From Alphaproteobacteria bacterium (GTDB lineage: Bacteria; Pseudomonadota; Alphaproteobacteria; CALKHQ01), in contig CBDDFZ010000001.1 of assembly GCA_965227515.1 (NCBI GenBank), positions 672,001-736,000 of the forward strand: a stretch of DNA of 64,000 bases, in the 5' to 3' direction. Position 1 is the stretch's first letter. Every line of letters starts with the position of its first letter. A program made the position numbers and the translations under genes. Under the pieces are notes generated by a model. That model was not told the DNA's origin. It was given only the letters and a program-made list of their open reading frames with translations, and ran no database searches. This document shows positions 28,792 to 39,165 of this stretch, one piece after another.

Positions 28792-28982
28792 AATGCCGTG
28801 TGCGGTGCACACACGGAGGTTTGCGGGCTCCCGCCAGCCGTGTAATGTCGTCGCCAATCGGCCCGCCGATCGCGCGGGCCATAACGATGGCGCCCCCAAG
28901 ACATATTCGGCCCATCGTCGAGGATGGAAACGGCCTCAGATCGGCACGGAACCGGACGCGGCCGTCATAATGGGAGACACCT

Positions 28983-30578
28983 ATGCACCAAGTGCTTCGC
29001 ACACTATTGCTCGGCACCGCGCTCAGCGTCGGCGCCGCGACCGCGGCCTCAGCCGCGACCCTGGTCTATTGTTCCGAAGGCAGCCCCGAGGGCTTCAATC
29101 CCTCGCTCTACACCGCCGGCACCACCTTCGACGCTTCGTCGAAGCCGATCTTCAACCGTCTGGTCGAGTTCGAGCTCGGCACCACCAACGTGGTCCCCGG
29201 CCTGGCGGAGTCCTGGGAAGTCTCCGAGGACGGCCTGGAGTACACCTTCCACCTGCGCGAAGGCGTGGCGTTCCACAGCAACGACGACTTCACGCCCAGC
29301 CGCAACTTCAATGCGGACGACGTCGTGCACAGCTTCATGCGCCAGTGGGATGAGGGGAACCCCTACTTCGCTGTCACCCCCGGCAGTTACGAGTATTTCG
29401 CCGCGATGGGCATGCCGGACCTCTTGGCGTCGGTCGAGAAGGTCGACGACATGACGGTCAAGTTTGTGCTGAACGCGCCCGCGGCGCCGTTCCTGGCCAA
29501 CATGGCGATGGACTTCGCGTCCATCATGTCGCTGGAGCATGCCGAGGCGATGATGGAAGCCGGCACGCCGGAGCTGATCGACCTGGAGCCGGTCGGTACC
29601 GGGCCGTTCCAGCTGGTCGACTACCAGACCGACGCGGTGATCCGCTATCAGGCAAACGCCGACTACTGGGCCGGCGCCCCGGCGCTCGACATGCTGATCT
29701 TCTCGATCACGCCCGACGCCAGCGTGCGCTATGCCAAGCTGCAGGCCGGCGAATGCCATGTGATGCCCTATCCGAACCCCTCCGATATCGAGGACATGCG
29801 GGCCAATCCGGACATCAACATGATGGAGCAGGAAGGCCTGAACGTCGGCTATCTCGCCTTCAACACCGAGAAGGAGCCGTTCACCGACGTGCGGGTGCGC
29901 CAGGCGCTGAACATGGCGATCGACAAGCAGGCGATCCTGGACATCATCTTCCAGGGCGCCGGCTCGATGGCCAAGAACCCGATTCCGCCGACCATGTGGT
30001 CGTACAATGACGCCGTCGAGGACTATCCCTACGATCCGGAGGCGGCCAAGGCGCTGCTGGCCGAAGCGGGCTTCCCGGACGGCTTCACGACCGACATCTG
30101 GGCGATGCCGGTGCAACGCCCCTACAACCCGAATGCAGGGCGCATGGCCGAGCTGATCCAGGCCGACTGGGCCGAGGTCGGCGTCGAAGCCGAGATCGTG
30201 TCCTACGAGTGGGGCGAGTATCTTCAGCGCTCGCGCGACGGTGAGCACCAGACCGTGCTGCTCGGCTGGACCGGCGACAACGGCGACCCGGACAATTTCC
30301 TGTACGTGCTGCTGAGCTGCGATGCGGCGAGCGGGGCGAACCGGGCCCGCTGGTGCTATGAGCCGTTCGACGAGCTGCTCATCCAGGCTCAGCGCAGCAC
30401 CGATCAGGCGGAGCGGACAGCGCTCTACGAAGAGGCGCAGGTCATCTTCAAGGAGCAGGCGCCGTGGGTGACCACCGCGCACTCTGTGGTGTTTATGCCC
30501 ATGCGCCCCGAGGTGCAGGGCTATGTGATCGATCCGCTGGGCGGTCACAACTTCTACGGCGTGTCGCTGGCCGAGTAG
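28983..30578 (+). CDS. dppA: Dipeptide ABC transporter substrate-binding protein
   Basis: TLVYCSEGSPEGFNP, WAMPVQRPYNPNA, GWTGDNGDPDNF. Confidence 0.93.
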   Translation: MHQVLRTLLLGTALSVGAATAASAATLVYCSEGSPEGFNPSLYTAGTTFDASSKPIFNRLVEFELGTTNVVPGLAESWEVSEDGLEYTFHLREGVAFHSNDDFTPSRNFNADDVVHSFMRQWDEGNPYFAVTPGSYEYFAAMGMPDLLASVEKVDDMTVKFVLNAPAAPFLANMAMDFASIMSLEHAEAMMEAGTPELIDLEPVGTGPFQLVDYQTDAVIRYQANADYWAGAPALDMLIFSITPDASVRYAKLQAGECHVMPYPNPSDIEDMRANPDINMMEQEGLNVGYLAFNTEKEPFTDVRVRQALNMAIDKQAILDIIFQGAGSMAKNPIPPTMWSYNDAVEDYPYDPEAAKALLAEAGFPDGFTTDIWAMPVQRPYNPNAGRMAELIQADWAEVGVEAEIVSYEWGEYLQRSRDGEHQTVLLGWTGDNGDPDNFLYVLLSCDAASGANRARWCYEPFDELLIQAQRSTDQAERTALYEEAQVIFKEQAPWVTTAHSVVFMPMRPEVQGYVIDPLGGHNFYGVSLAE

Positions 30579-30603
30579 GGCCGACCCGCTGAGGTAACGA
30601 CGC

Positions 30604-30641
30604 GAGGGCCGTCCGGACGAAACGGGCGGCCCTCCGTGTTT
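30604..30641 (+). terminator. Stem-loop between dppA and dppB (terminator or mRNA stabiliser)
   Basis: gagggccgtccg-gacgaaa-cgggcggccctc followed by a weak T tract. Confidence 0.55.
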
Positions 30642-30666
30642 CCGGGCTTGGACCGCAAACCGCGCG

Positions 30667-31677
30667 ATGCTGCAGACGCTAGTTAGACGTGCCGTCATCA
30701 TCCTCACCACCTTCATAGGGGTGACGCTGCTGGCCTTCGCGCTGATCCGCCTGATCCCGGGCGACCCGGTGCTGCTGTTGGCGGGCGAGCGCGGTCTGGA
30801 CGAGGAGCGGTATGCCGAGCTGCAGGCGCAGTTCGGATATGACCGGCCGATCCTGGAGCAGTACGCGATCTACATCTCCGGCGTCGTGCAGGGCGACCTT
30901 GGCGTCTCGATCAAGACCAAGCGGCCGGTGCTGGAGGAATTCTTCAGCCTGTTCCCGGCGACCCTGGAGCTTTCGTTCTTCGCCATGGTGTTCGCGATCG
31001 TGCTCGGCATACCCGCCGGCGTGTTCGCGGCCCTCAAACGCGGGTCGGTGGGCGACCATCTGGTGATGGGCACGTCGCTGGCCGGCTATTCCATGCCCAT
31101 CTTCTGGTGGGCGTTGCTGCTGATGCTGCTGTTCTCGGTCACCTGGGACATCACCCCGGTCTCCAGCCGGCTGAACGTGATGTACTGGGTGCAGCCGGTG
31201 ACCGGGTTCATGCTGATCGACACGCTGCTGTCCGACCAGCCGGAGGCGTTCTGGTCGGCGCTGCACCACCTTGTGCTGCCGTCTATCGTGCTCGGCACCA
31301 TCCCGCTCGCTGTTATCGCCCGCATGACCCGCTCGTCGATGCTGGAAGTGCTGAACGAGGACTATGTGCGCACCGCCCGCGCCAAGGGCCTGAAGCCGCT
31401 GCGGGTGGTCGGCCTGCATGCGCTGCGCAACGCCCTGATCCCGGTGGTGACCGTGATCGGCCTACAGGTCAGCGTGTTGTTGACCGGCGCCATCCTGACC
31501 GAGACCATCTTTGCATGGCCCGGCATCGGCAAGTGGATGGTCGATGCCATCGGCCGCCGCGACTACCCGGTGGTGCAGGGCGGCGTTCTGCTGATCGCCA
31601 CCACGGTGATCCTGGTCAATCTGCTGGTCGATATCCTGTACGGGTTGATCAACCCGCGCGTCCGCCGCGCCGCCTGA
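30667..31677 (+). CDS. dppB: Dipeptide ABC transporter permease
   Basis: IPGDPV, FPATLEL, RMTRSSMLEVL.EDYVRTARAKG, HALRNA. Confidence 0.93.
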   Translation: MLQTLVRRAVIILTTFIGVTLLAFALIRLIPGDPVLLLAGERGLDEERYAELQAQFGYDRPILEQYAIYISGVVQGDLGVSIKTKRPVLEEFFSLFPATLELSFFAMVFAIVLGIPAGVFAALKRGSVGDHLVMGTSLAGYSMPIFWWALLLMLLFSVTWDITPVSSRLNVMYWVQPVTGFMLIDTLLSDQPEAFWSALHHLVLPSIVLGTIPLAVIARMTRSSMLEVLNEDYVRTARAKGLKPLRVVGLHALRNALIPVVTVIGLQVSVLLTGAILTETIFAWPGIGKWMVDAIGRRDYPVVQGGVLLIATTVILVNLLVDILYGLINPRVRRAA

Positions 31678-31691
31678 GCGGAAGGGCAGAC

Positions 31692-32621
31692 ATGGTCCAG
31701 CGCGACATCGCCATTATCGGGGTCGATTGGGGCACCAGCAACCTGCGCGCGGTGGCGATGGCCGCCGACGGCACTGTTCTGGACGAGCGGGCGGCGGCCA
31801 GGGGCATCATGAAGGTGCCGGCCGACGGGTTCGGCGCGGTGCTGGACGAGACCATCGCCGGCTGGTGCGCGGACAGCGGTGCCATGCCACCCATCGTGCT
31901 GTCGGGCATGATCACCAGCCGCCAGGGCTGGGTCGAGACCAGCTATTGCGCCTGCCCCTGCGACGCGGCGATGCTGTCGGCGGCGATGGTGGCCCACACC
32001 GTGCCTGACGGGCGCGTGCTGCATTTCGTGCCCGGCCTGTGCTGGAACGCGCCCGACGGCACGCCGGACGTCATGCGCGGCGAGGAAACCCAGCTCATCG
32101 GCATGCTGGGGCGAGACGCTCAGGTGGTCTGCCTGCCGGGCACCCACAGCAAGTGGGTGTGGATCGAGGGCGGGCGCATCGACCGCTTCCGCACCTACAT
32201 GACCGGCGAGGTGTTCGAGGCGCTGCGCGACCACACCATCCTCGGCCGCCTGATGGAAACCGGCGGCCATGCGCCGGATGCGTTCGCCGCCGGCCTGTTG
32301 CAGGCGGCGCGGCCCGGCGGACTGCTGAACCACCTGTTCTCGGTGCGCACCAATGGCCTGTTCCAGCGCCTGGCCGCGGCCGACCTCACCTCCTACCTGT
32401 CAGGCCTGCTGATCGGCCACGAACTGCACGCGGCCCTGGTCGACGTCCCCGCCGGCACCCCTGTCACCCTGGTCGGCAGCCCGCACCTGACCGGGTCCTA
32501 TGCCGATGCGCTGCACGCGCTCGGCCGGCGAACGGCTATCGCCGATCAGGATGCGGCGGCACGGGGCCAATGGGCGCTGGCCAACGCCGCCGGTTTGATC
32601 GCCTCAGGAAGCGCGTCATGA
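31692..32621 (+). CDS. dgoK: 2-dehydro-3-deoxygalactonokinase
   Basis: VDWGTSNLR, GMITSRQGW, DVMRGEETQ, LPGTHSKW, MTGE. Confidence 0.92.
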   Translation: MVQRDIAIIGVDWGTSNLRAVAMAADGTVLDERAAARGIMKVPADGFGAVLDETIAGWCADSGAMPPIVLSGMITSRQGWVETSYCACPCDAAMLSAAMVAHTVPDGRVLHFVPGLCWNAPDGTPDVMRGEETQLIGMLGRDAQVVCLPGTHSKWVWIEGGRIDRFRTYMTGEVFEALRDHTILGRLMETGGHAPDAFAAGLLQAARPGGLLNHLFSVRTNGLFQRLAAADLTSYLSGLLIGHELHAALVDVPAGTPVTLVGSPHLTGSYADALHALGRRTAIADQDAAARGQWALANAAGLIASGSAS

Positions 32622-33268
32622 CCACATTCGCCGAAGCCGCCAGCGTCCTGCCTCTGGTCGCGATCCTGCGCGGCATCCAGCCCGACGAGGCGCCGGCCAT
32701 CGGCCAGGTGCTGGTCGACGCCGGGTTCCGGCTGATCGAGGTGCCGCTGAACTCGCCGCGCCCGTTCGACAGCATCGCGGCATTGGCCGACGGGTTCGGC
32801 GACCGGGCGATGGTTGGCGCGGGCACCGTGCTGAGGGCCGAAGACGTGGCGCGGGTGGCCGATGCCGGCGGGCGGCTGATCGTGATGCCCCATGGCGATG
32901 TCGAGGTGATCCGGGCGGCGAAGGATGCCGGGCTGGTGGCGATGCCGGGGATCGCCACGCCGACCGAGGCGTTCGCGGCGCTGGCGGCCGGGGCCGACGG
33001 CCTAAAGCTGTTCCCGGCCGAAGCCAGTCCGCCGCCGGTACTGAAGGCGATGCGGGCGGTGCTGCCGCCGCAGGTGCCGGTATATCCGGTCGGCGGCATC
33101 ACGCCGGAGGCGATGGAGCCTTATGTCCGCGCCGGGGCCAGCGGCTTCGGGCTTGGCTCCGCCCTCTACCAGCGCGGGGCCAAGCCGGAGCATGTGCAGA
33201 TCAGGGCGATATCGTTCGTGCGCGCCTGGCAGCGCATCCACGGCCAGGACGGATCGATCCAGGTTTGA
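32618..33268 (+). CDS. dgoA: 2-dehydro-3-deoxy-6-phosphogalactonate aldolase
   Basis: LVAILRG, IEVPLNSP, GAGTV, LKLFPAE, PVGGI; overlaps the dgoK stop. Confidence 0.92.
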   Translation: MTTFAEAASVLPLVAILRGIQPDEAPAIGQVLVDAGFRLIEVPLNSPRPFDSIAALADGFGDRAMVGAGTVLRAEDVARVADAGGRLIVMPHGDVEVIRAAKDAGLVAMPGIATPTEAFAALAAGADGLKLFPAEASPPPVLKAMRAVLPPQVPVYPVGGITPEAMEPYVRAGASGFGLGSALYQRGAKPEHVQIRAISFVRAWQRIHGQDGSIQV

Positions 33269-33276
33269 TCGGGACT

Positions 33277-34947
33277 CTATAGCCCCGAGCCGATTTCCTC
33301 GTCGTCGTCGGTGCCGCCGCTCTCCAGCTCTGCCGCCTCGTCGGCGGCCTGCCCCGCCATCGGCATCGGCAATGGCTCGGCGGGCGTATCCGGGGATGGC
33401 TCAACGGCTCCGGTCAGCGGTTCCAGCAGCGCGACCAGATCGGCGCGGTCGTTGGCGGTGGCGTGCGCCAGCGCGGTGAACCCCTCGGCATCGGTGAAAT
33501 CGGCGTCGGCGCCATGCGCCAGCAGCAGCTCCACCATCGCGCGGTCATCCACCAGGACAGCCAGGATCAATGGGGTCAGGCCACCGGCGCCGAGACGGTC
33601 GAGCGGGTGGGCGACCGCAGCTTCATCGGCGTCGCCCTCGCCGATGGCTTCGCTATCGCGGCCGGTTGCCGGCATGGCGTCGAGAAGGCCTGCCACCACC
33701 ATCCGGTTGCGGCCGACAATGGCCCAGTCCAGGGCGGTCAGCCCGTCGCGGTCCGGCAGCATGGTGTCGGCCGCGACGCCGGCATCGATGTAGCCGAGTG
33801 CCGCCGCCACGTCGCCGAAGGCCACGGCGGCGCTGAAGCCGGTGGCCGGGCTGTTCTGGTTGCGCATCGCCTGCATGGTGTTGGCGCCCGGCACCACGGT
33901 GGCGACCGGGTCAGCGTCGTCCGCGGGGGATGTCTGCGTGCACGGGTACAGCGGCGCTGTCAGTCCCGGCGTGATCGTGATGTTGGCGATGGTCAGCCAG
34001 ACCAGCTCCAGCGTGCCGTCCTCGTTACGCAGATAGCGCGCGCTGGCCCCGTCCTGATAGCGCACGGTCGCGGCAGGCGTGTCGGCCGCCGGGGCATAGG
34101 CGGCGACGTCCCGCGCCGCCGGCCGTCCGGCGCCGTCGATCCGCACCTCCATGCCGGACAGGAACGCCACCGCATCGCGGTGACAGGTCTCCGGGCTCAG
34201 GGCCCACTGGCCGGCCAGCAGCCCCGGTTCGCTGGACGCGGTTTCCAGGGCAATGGCCGTGTCCTCCGCAACCGAACGGGGCACGCTCGGCTGCTCCAGG
34301 CCGCCGGCGGTGTCGCCGGCGATCCCGGCCAGCGCCTGCTCGACATCTTCCGCCAGGCTGCGGCTGATGCTGCCGCGCTCGCCGTCGTCGAACAGCCCCA
34401 GTGCCGTGTCGCGCATATCCACGGCCCATGGGTGGTCGGTTTGCAGGCCGACGACGAAGACCGCCGCCGCCAGGCCGAGCACGGACACGCCACCCAGCGC
34501 CGTGTGACGCCGCCCGAGCCCCATGCGGCGCGCCATCACGCCGGACCGCAGATCGGTCGCGCCCGAGGCCGGGCCCAGGCGCTTGGGTTTGGTCAGCGGC
34601 GCGGACGGCCGGGTGCCGGACGGCAATTGGCGTCCGTCGGCAAGGTGGTCGGTATCGGGGGGCACGTCGAAACTTCCTTCGGGGGCATGTCCGTCGGGCG
34701 CGGCAGGCGGCGGCTCGGGCATCGGCGGGCGCGCTTCGGCGACGATGGTGGCGACATCGCTGTTGGGTCGTCGCAGCGACGAGATGATCGCCAGCCGCAC
34801 CTGGGCTTCCGGCCGGCGCTCGCGCAGAACCGCCATCGCGCGACGCGCCTGGTCGGGCGTGTCGAACCGCGCGATCGTGGTCCATTGATCGCCCGCATAG
34901 GCCTCTACGTTGTATGCGGTGACAAGCTCTGTCGCGCCAGACGCCAT
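33277..34947 (-). CDS. Membrane-anchored ankyrin-repeat protein
   Basis: Single TM helix at about aa 150-168; DGLTALDWA, GLTPLILAV..MVELLLAHGAD and GFTALAHA ankyrin repeats. Confidence 0.7.
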   Translation of the reverse strand: MASGATELVTAYNVEAYAGDQWTTIARFDTPDQARRAMAVLRERRPEAQVRLAIISSLRRPNSDVATIVAEARPPMPEPPPAAPDGHAPEGSFDVPPDTDHLADGRQLPSGTRPSAPLTKPKRLGPASGATDLRSGVMARRMGLGRRHTALGGVSVLGLAAAVFVVGLQTDHPWAVDMRDTALGLFDDGERGSISRSLAEDVEQALAGIAGDTAGGLEQPSVPRSVAEDTAIALETASSEPGLLAGQWALSPETCHRDAVAFLSGMEVRIDGAGRPAARDVAAYAPAADTPAATVRYQDGASARYLRNEDGTLELVWLTIANITITPGLTAPLYPCTQTSPADDADPVATVVPGANTMQAMRNQNSPATGFSAAVAFGDVAAALGYIDAGVAADTMLPDRDGLTALDWAIVGRNRMVVAGLLDAMPATGRDSEAIGEGDADEAAVAHPLDRLGAGGLTPLILAVLVDDRAMVELLLAHGADADFTDAEGFTALAHATANDRADLVALLEPLTGAVEPSPDTPAEPLPMPMAGQAADEAAELESGGTDDDEEIGSGL

Positions 34948-35139
34948 TGGCCGTCGACACTTCCCTGCGCAGTTGGCGACTCGGGCTCAAATCGTGCCGG
35001 AGTTTAGCGCATTTCAGCGCCGATCTGCACAATGACCGCGCAGATGCGGTAGAGCCGCACCTGCGACATACTGGATATTGTGGGGCCGGTTTGGACGGCC
35101 GGCGGAGGTTTCAGCGCAAGCTGGTCAAGACCGACAGGG

Positions 35140-36030
35140 TCAGACGACGGGTACGCTGCACTCGTCCGGGATGCCCGGCAGCGGGTCGTCGACATTGTCC
35201 GGCACCGCCTGCGGCGCCGGCAGGCCCTCGGTCAGGCGGCGTTGCACCTCGCCGGCCAGCATCAGGCCCAGGCCTTCCGCGAAGTCGGCGCCATTGTCGC
35301 TCAGCGCTTGCGGTTCCTCCAGCAGGCGCATGGCGCGCTGCCACTGGTGTTGGGCGTCGAACGCGCGGCCCATCTGCCAATAGGCATCGCCCAGGTGCAG
35401 GCGCAGCTCGGGGTGGCCCGGCTCCAGGATCACCGCCTCGCAGATGAAACGCACCGATTCAGCGTATTCGCCGCGCTGGTAGAGCACCCAGCCGAGGGTA
35501 TCCAGATAGCTCGACTCTTCCGGCACCAGCTCGACCAGGTCCTGCATCGAGGCCAGCGCCTGATCCAGATTGCGGTTCTGTAGGGCCCACAGATAGGCCA
35601 GGTTGTTCAGGGCCATCAGGTTGCCCAGCTCGGCCGCCTGCTCGTACCAGTATTCGGCCAGGTCCGGATCGCGCGGGTGGCCGAGGCCGAGGTCTATGTG
35701 GAAGCCCAAATTGACCATGGCCTGGTCGTTGCCCAACAGGGCGGACTGCTCCAGCCACTCCACCGCGGCCGCGCGGTCCTGCTTGACCCCAAGGCCATCG
35801 GACAGCAGCAGGCCCATCCCGTATTGCGCGTCGGCGTCGCCGGCCTGCGCCTCCGGCAGAAACAGCTCGTAGGCCGAGCTGTAATCGCCTCGGTCGTAGG
35901 CGTCCCACGCCTCATAGGTATCGGCGACGGCCGACGGCGCAACGGCCAGAACGGCGATGGACGCAGCGATACCGAGTGCGGCGGCGGACGTGGTGGCCGG
36001 GAGTCGACGCGCGGCTTGGGTCGGGCGCAT
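35140..36030 (-). CDS. Exported Sel1/TPR repeat protein
   Basis: AQYGMG..GLGVKQD and WYEQAAELG (Sel1); YLDTLGWVLY and HLGDAYW (TPR). Confidence 0.85.
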   Translation of the reverse strand: MRPTQAARRLPATTSAAALGIAASIAVLAVAPSAVADTYEAWDAYDRGDYSSAYELFLPEAQAGDADAQYGMGLLLSDGLGVKQDRAAAVEWLEQSALLGNDQAMVNLGFHIDLGLGHPRDPDLAEYWYEQAAELGNLMALNNLAYLWALQNRNLDQALASMQDLVELVPEESSYLDTLGWVLYQRGEYAESVRFICEAVILEPGHPELRLHLGDAYWQMGRAFDAQHQWQRAMRLLEEPQALSDNGADFAEGLGLMLAGEVQRRLTEGLPAPQAVPDNVDDPLPGIPDECSVPVV

Positions 36031-36226
36031 GGATGCGAGCCTCCAGGATGTTTCAGGCGTGAAGGTGGGTCGTGTCAGCAACGACTTCAACGCAATATTC
36101 CGGATGAATGTGGCTCGACGATGACACTGTTGCGTGTTTGCACCTAACAATTTCGCGCCAGTGGCCGTGCGCCGGCGCGCCGCAGTGATACCCGGGCGAC
36201 ACCCGGACGACACCGGGACTCGTGCC

Positions 36227-36251
36227 GGAACAGCGCAAGACCTTGCCGGTT
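36227..36251 (+). promoter_or_regulatory. Possible ECF (EcfG-like) promoter upstream of the degP-like gene
   Basis: GGAAC-N16-GGTT, one mismatch to consensus. Confidence 0.3.
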
Positions 36252-36342
36252 GGTAAGAATAAATTGTTTGGCTGGGTCGAATGCTCGCTTGAATGCCGGG
36301 CCGCGATGACTAGTTTCGATGTCAGGAGGGCCCGATCGAAAG

Positions 36343-37494
36343 ATGATTCGGCACGCGCCCCAGCGCAGCGCGACGGAACGGAGTTGGCTGCCCGCACGGT
36401 TGCATTCGGCTGTCGGGATCGTGGCCGCTTGCGTTGGCGCCGCCCTGGCGGTGACCGCATGCCAGGGCCCCTCGGCGAGCGCGACCTCCGCCTTTCCTGC
36501 CACCACCGAAGAGGCCCTGCTGACGCTGGCGCCGATGCTGGAGCGCACGGCCCCGGCCGTCGTCAACATCTCCGTCGAGATCGATGTCGAGCAGGACCTG
36601 CCGCTGATCCTGCGCGATCCGGCGGTGCGCCGTTTCTTCGACCTGCCCGACGACCTGCCGACGGAACGGCAGATCACGGCGGGTTCCGGCGTCATCATCG
36701 ATGCCGACTCAGGCCATATCGTCACCAACCATCATGTCATCGCCGGCGCGGAGTCGATCTGGGTGACGCTGCGCGACGGGCGCAGCTTCCAGGCCGAGCT
36801 GCTGGGCAGCGATCCGCCGACCGACATTGCCGTCCTGCGCATCGACAGCGGTGGGCTGAGCGAGCTTGCGGTGGCGGACTCCGACGCGGTGCAAGTGGGC
36901 GACTTCGCGGTGGCGATCGGCAACCCGTTCGGGCTCGGCCAGTCGGTCACCACGGGCATTGTCAGTGGCTTGGGCCGGGCCGGCCTGCTGCGCGACGGCT
37001 ATGAGGACTTCATACAGACCGATGCGTCGATCAATCCGGGCAACTCGGGCGGCGCGCTGGTGAATTCGCGCGGCGAGCTGATCGGCATCAACACGGCCAT
37101 CCTGTCGCGCAATGGCGGCAATATCGGCATCAGTTTCGCGGTGCCGAGCAACATCGCGCGCGACGTGGCGCAGCGGCTGCTGCAATCGGGCGAGATCCAG
37201 CGCGGCAATCTGGGCGTCACGATCACCGATATCTCGCCCGGCCAGGCGCTGGAGCTTGGCCTTGGCACCACCAACGGCGCGATTGTGGCGGCGGTGGCGA
37301 ACGGTTCGGCGGCGGCTGCGGCGGGGCTGGAGGCCGGCGACGTGATCGTCGCGGTCGACGGTCGCGCGATCGTGAGCGCTGCGGCATTGCGCAGCCGGGT
37401 GGGCTTGCTGCGAATAGGCGACAAGATCGAATTGACGGTTATCAGGGACGGCGTCGAACGCCAGGTGGCGGCGGAGGTCGGTCAGCCGATCTGA
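36343..37494 (+). CDS. HtrA/DegP-family serine protease, one PDZ, probable lipoprotein
   Basis: VTAC lipobox, TNHHV, TDIAV, IQTDASINPGNSGGAL; start uncertain. Confidence 0.88.
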   Translation: MIRHAPQRSATERSWLPARLHSAVGIVAACVGAALAVTACQGPSASATSAFPATTEEALLTLAPMLERTAPAVVNISVEIDVEQDLPLILRDPAVRRFFDLPDDLPTERQITAGSGVIIDADSGHIVTNHHVIAGAESIWVTLRDGRSFQAELLGSDPPTDIAVLRIDSGGLSELAVADSDAVQVGDFAVAIGNPFGLGQSVTTGIVSGLGRAGLLRDGYEDFIQTDASINPGNSGGALVNSRGELIGINTAILSRNGGNIGISFAVPSNIARDVAQRLLQSGEIQRGNLGVTITDISPGQALELGLGTTNGAIVAAVANGSAAAAAGLEAGDVIVAVDGRAIVSAAALRSRVGLLRIGDKIELTVIRDGVERQVAAEVGQPI

Positions 37495-37658
37495 CCGCGC
37501 GCCAGAAGATATTGGCCCGCACGCCGGAAATGGCGGCCGGGCTCGGGGGAACCGGCAATGCCCGTAGAGGCGCGCCGGTTCGCACAGCGGCCACGGGGAA
37601 CAGACCCTCTGCTCCGGGTGGACCGCTAGAGATCAGGATTGGGGGAATTCTGCGAGGC

Positions 37659-39032
37659 ATGTTGCGCCGCGCCTTGGTGTTTATCCTAGCGCTGCTTGGT
37701 CCAGCCAACGCCTGGGCCGAGCTGCCGCCGTTCGTCAACGACGACGGCGTGCCCAGCTTGTCGCCATTGTTGCGCGACGCGTCGCCGGCAGTGGTCAGCA
37801 TCTCGGTGATCTCGAACTCGCCGGTGGAAGACAATCCACTGTTCCGCGACCCGTTCTATCGCCGCTTCTTCGACCTGCCGGGCTTGCCGCCGTTCGCGCC
37901 GGGCCCCGGTCCGCTGCGGGTCAGCGCCGGGTCGGGCGTCATTGTCGACGCCGACCAGGGCTTCGTGGTGACCAACCACCACATCGTGGCCAACGCCAGC
38001 GGCATCGAGGTCGTGCTACGCGACGGTCGCCGCCTGCCGGCGGATCTGGTCGGCACCGACGCGCCCACCGACATTGCGCTGCTGCGCGTGGCGGCCGACG
38101 GACTGCCGGCCCTGGTGCTCGACCGCACGGTGCCGCCGGTGATCGGCGACTTCGTCATCGCGATCGGCAACCCCTTCGGCACCGGCCAGGTGATCACCTC
38201 CGGCTTGGTCAGCGGTGTCGGCCGGGTCGGCATCGACCATATGGGCTTCGACGACTTCATCCAGACCGACGCACCGATCAACCCCGGCAACTCGGGCGGT
38301 GCGCTGATCGATCTCAGGGGGCGGCTGATCGGCATCAACAGCGCCGAGCTCGGGCCGGCGGGCGACCATATCGGCATCGGGTTCGCCGTGCCCAGCACCG
38401 TTACGGCGCTGGTGCTGGATCAACTGGCCGCGTATGGGGAGGTCCGGCGCGGCCGCCTGGGCATCGCGTTCCAGGACGTGACCCCCGACATCGCCGAAGC
38501 ATTTGCATTGGCAGCCGCGGACGGGGTGGTCGTGACCCGGGTCGAGCCGGGCTCGGTCGCGGCGATGGCCGGTATCGTCAGCCGGGACGTGATCGTCGCG
38601 ATCAATGGCCGGCCGATCCGCGACGGCGACGACCTGCGCAATGAGGTCGGGCTGGCGCCGGTCGGCGCGCCGATCGAGATCGGCATCGTGCGCAATGGCG
38701 AGCCGATGGCGCTGATCGCCGCCCTTGGCGACCTGGTGGAAGGCCCGATCGACGACGGCACCACCTTCGATGCCCTGCATGGCGCGGTGTTGCACGACAT
38801 CCTGCCTGGCATGTCGCTTTATGGCCGCGAGACCGGGGTCCTGGTGGGCACGCTGGACGCCGGCACCCGCGCCGCACGCCTCGGCCTGCGCGAAGGCGAC
38901 ATCATCATCGGCATCAACCAGCAGACCATAAATAATCTGGCCGAACTGGCGGGGGCATTGGCGCAGCCCGACCGCTCGCTGGCCCTGACCATCCGGCGCG
39001 CCGGGTCGACGATCTTCCTGGTGATCGGTTGA
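37659..39032 (+). CDS. HtrA/DegQ-family serine protease, two PDZ
   Basis: Signal peptide, TNHHI, TDIAL, IQTDAPINPGNSGGAL, two PDZ-like segments. Confidence 0.9.
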   Translation: MLRRALVFILALLGPANAWAELPPFVNDDGVPSLSPLLRDASPAVVSISVISNSPVEDNPLFRDPFYRRFFDLPGLPPFAPGPGPLRVSAGSGVIVDADQGFVVTNHHIVANASGIEVVLRDGRRLPADLVGTDAPTDIALLRVAADGLPALVLDRTVPPVIGDFVIAIGNPFGTGQVITSGLVSGVGRVGIDHMGFDDFIQTDAPINPGNSGGALIDLRGRLIGINSAELGPAGDHIGIGFAVPSTVTALVLDQLAAYGEVRRGRLGIAFQDVTPDIAEAFALAAADGVVVTRVEPGSVAAMAGIVSRDVIVAINGRPIRDGDDLRNEVGLAPVGAPIEIGIVRNGEPMALIAALGDLVEGPIDDGTTFDALHGAVLHDILPGMSLYGRETGVLVGTLDAGTRAARLGLREGDIIIGINQQTINNLAELAGALAQPDRSLALTIRRAGSTIFLVIG

Positions 39033-39054
39033 GTTGTTTGGACTTTTTGAGTTC

Positions 39055-39158
39055 AAGTCGGCACCGGCCCTCTCCCCCACCCGGCCACCCCGCAGGATAC
39101 TTTCGTGGGTGGCCGGGTGGGGGAGAGGGCTGGCGCAGATTCAGCGTAAGCTGATCCC
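39055..39158 (+). repeat. Long-hairpin repeat, copy 2
   Basis: Stem gcaccggccctctcccccacccggccaccc / gggtggccgggtgggggagagggctggcgc; tail gcgtaagctgatc. Confidence 0.85.
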
Positions 39159-39165
39159 GGACTAA

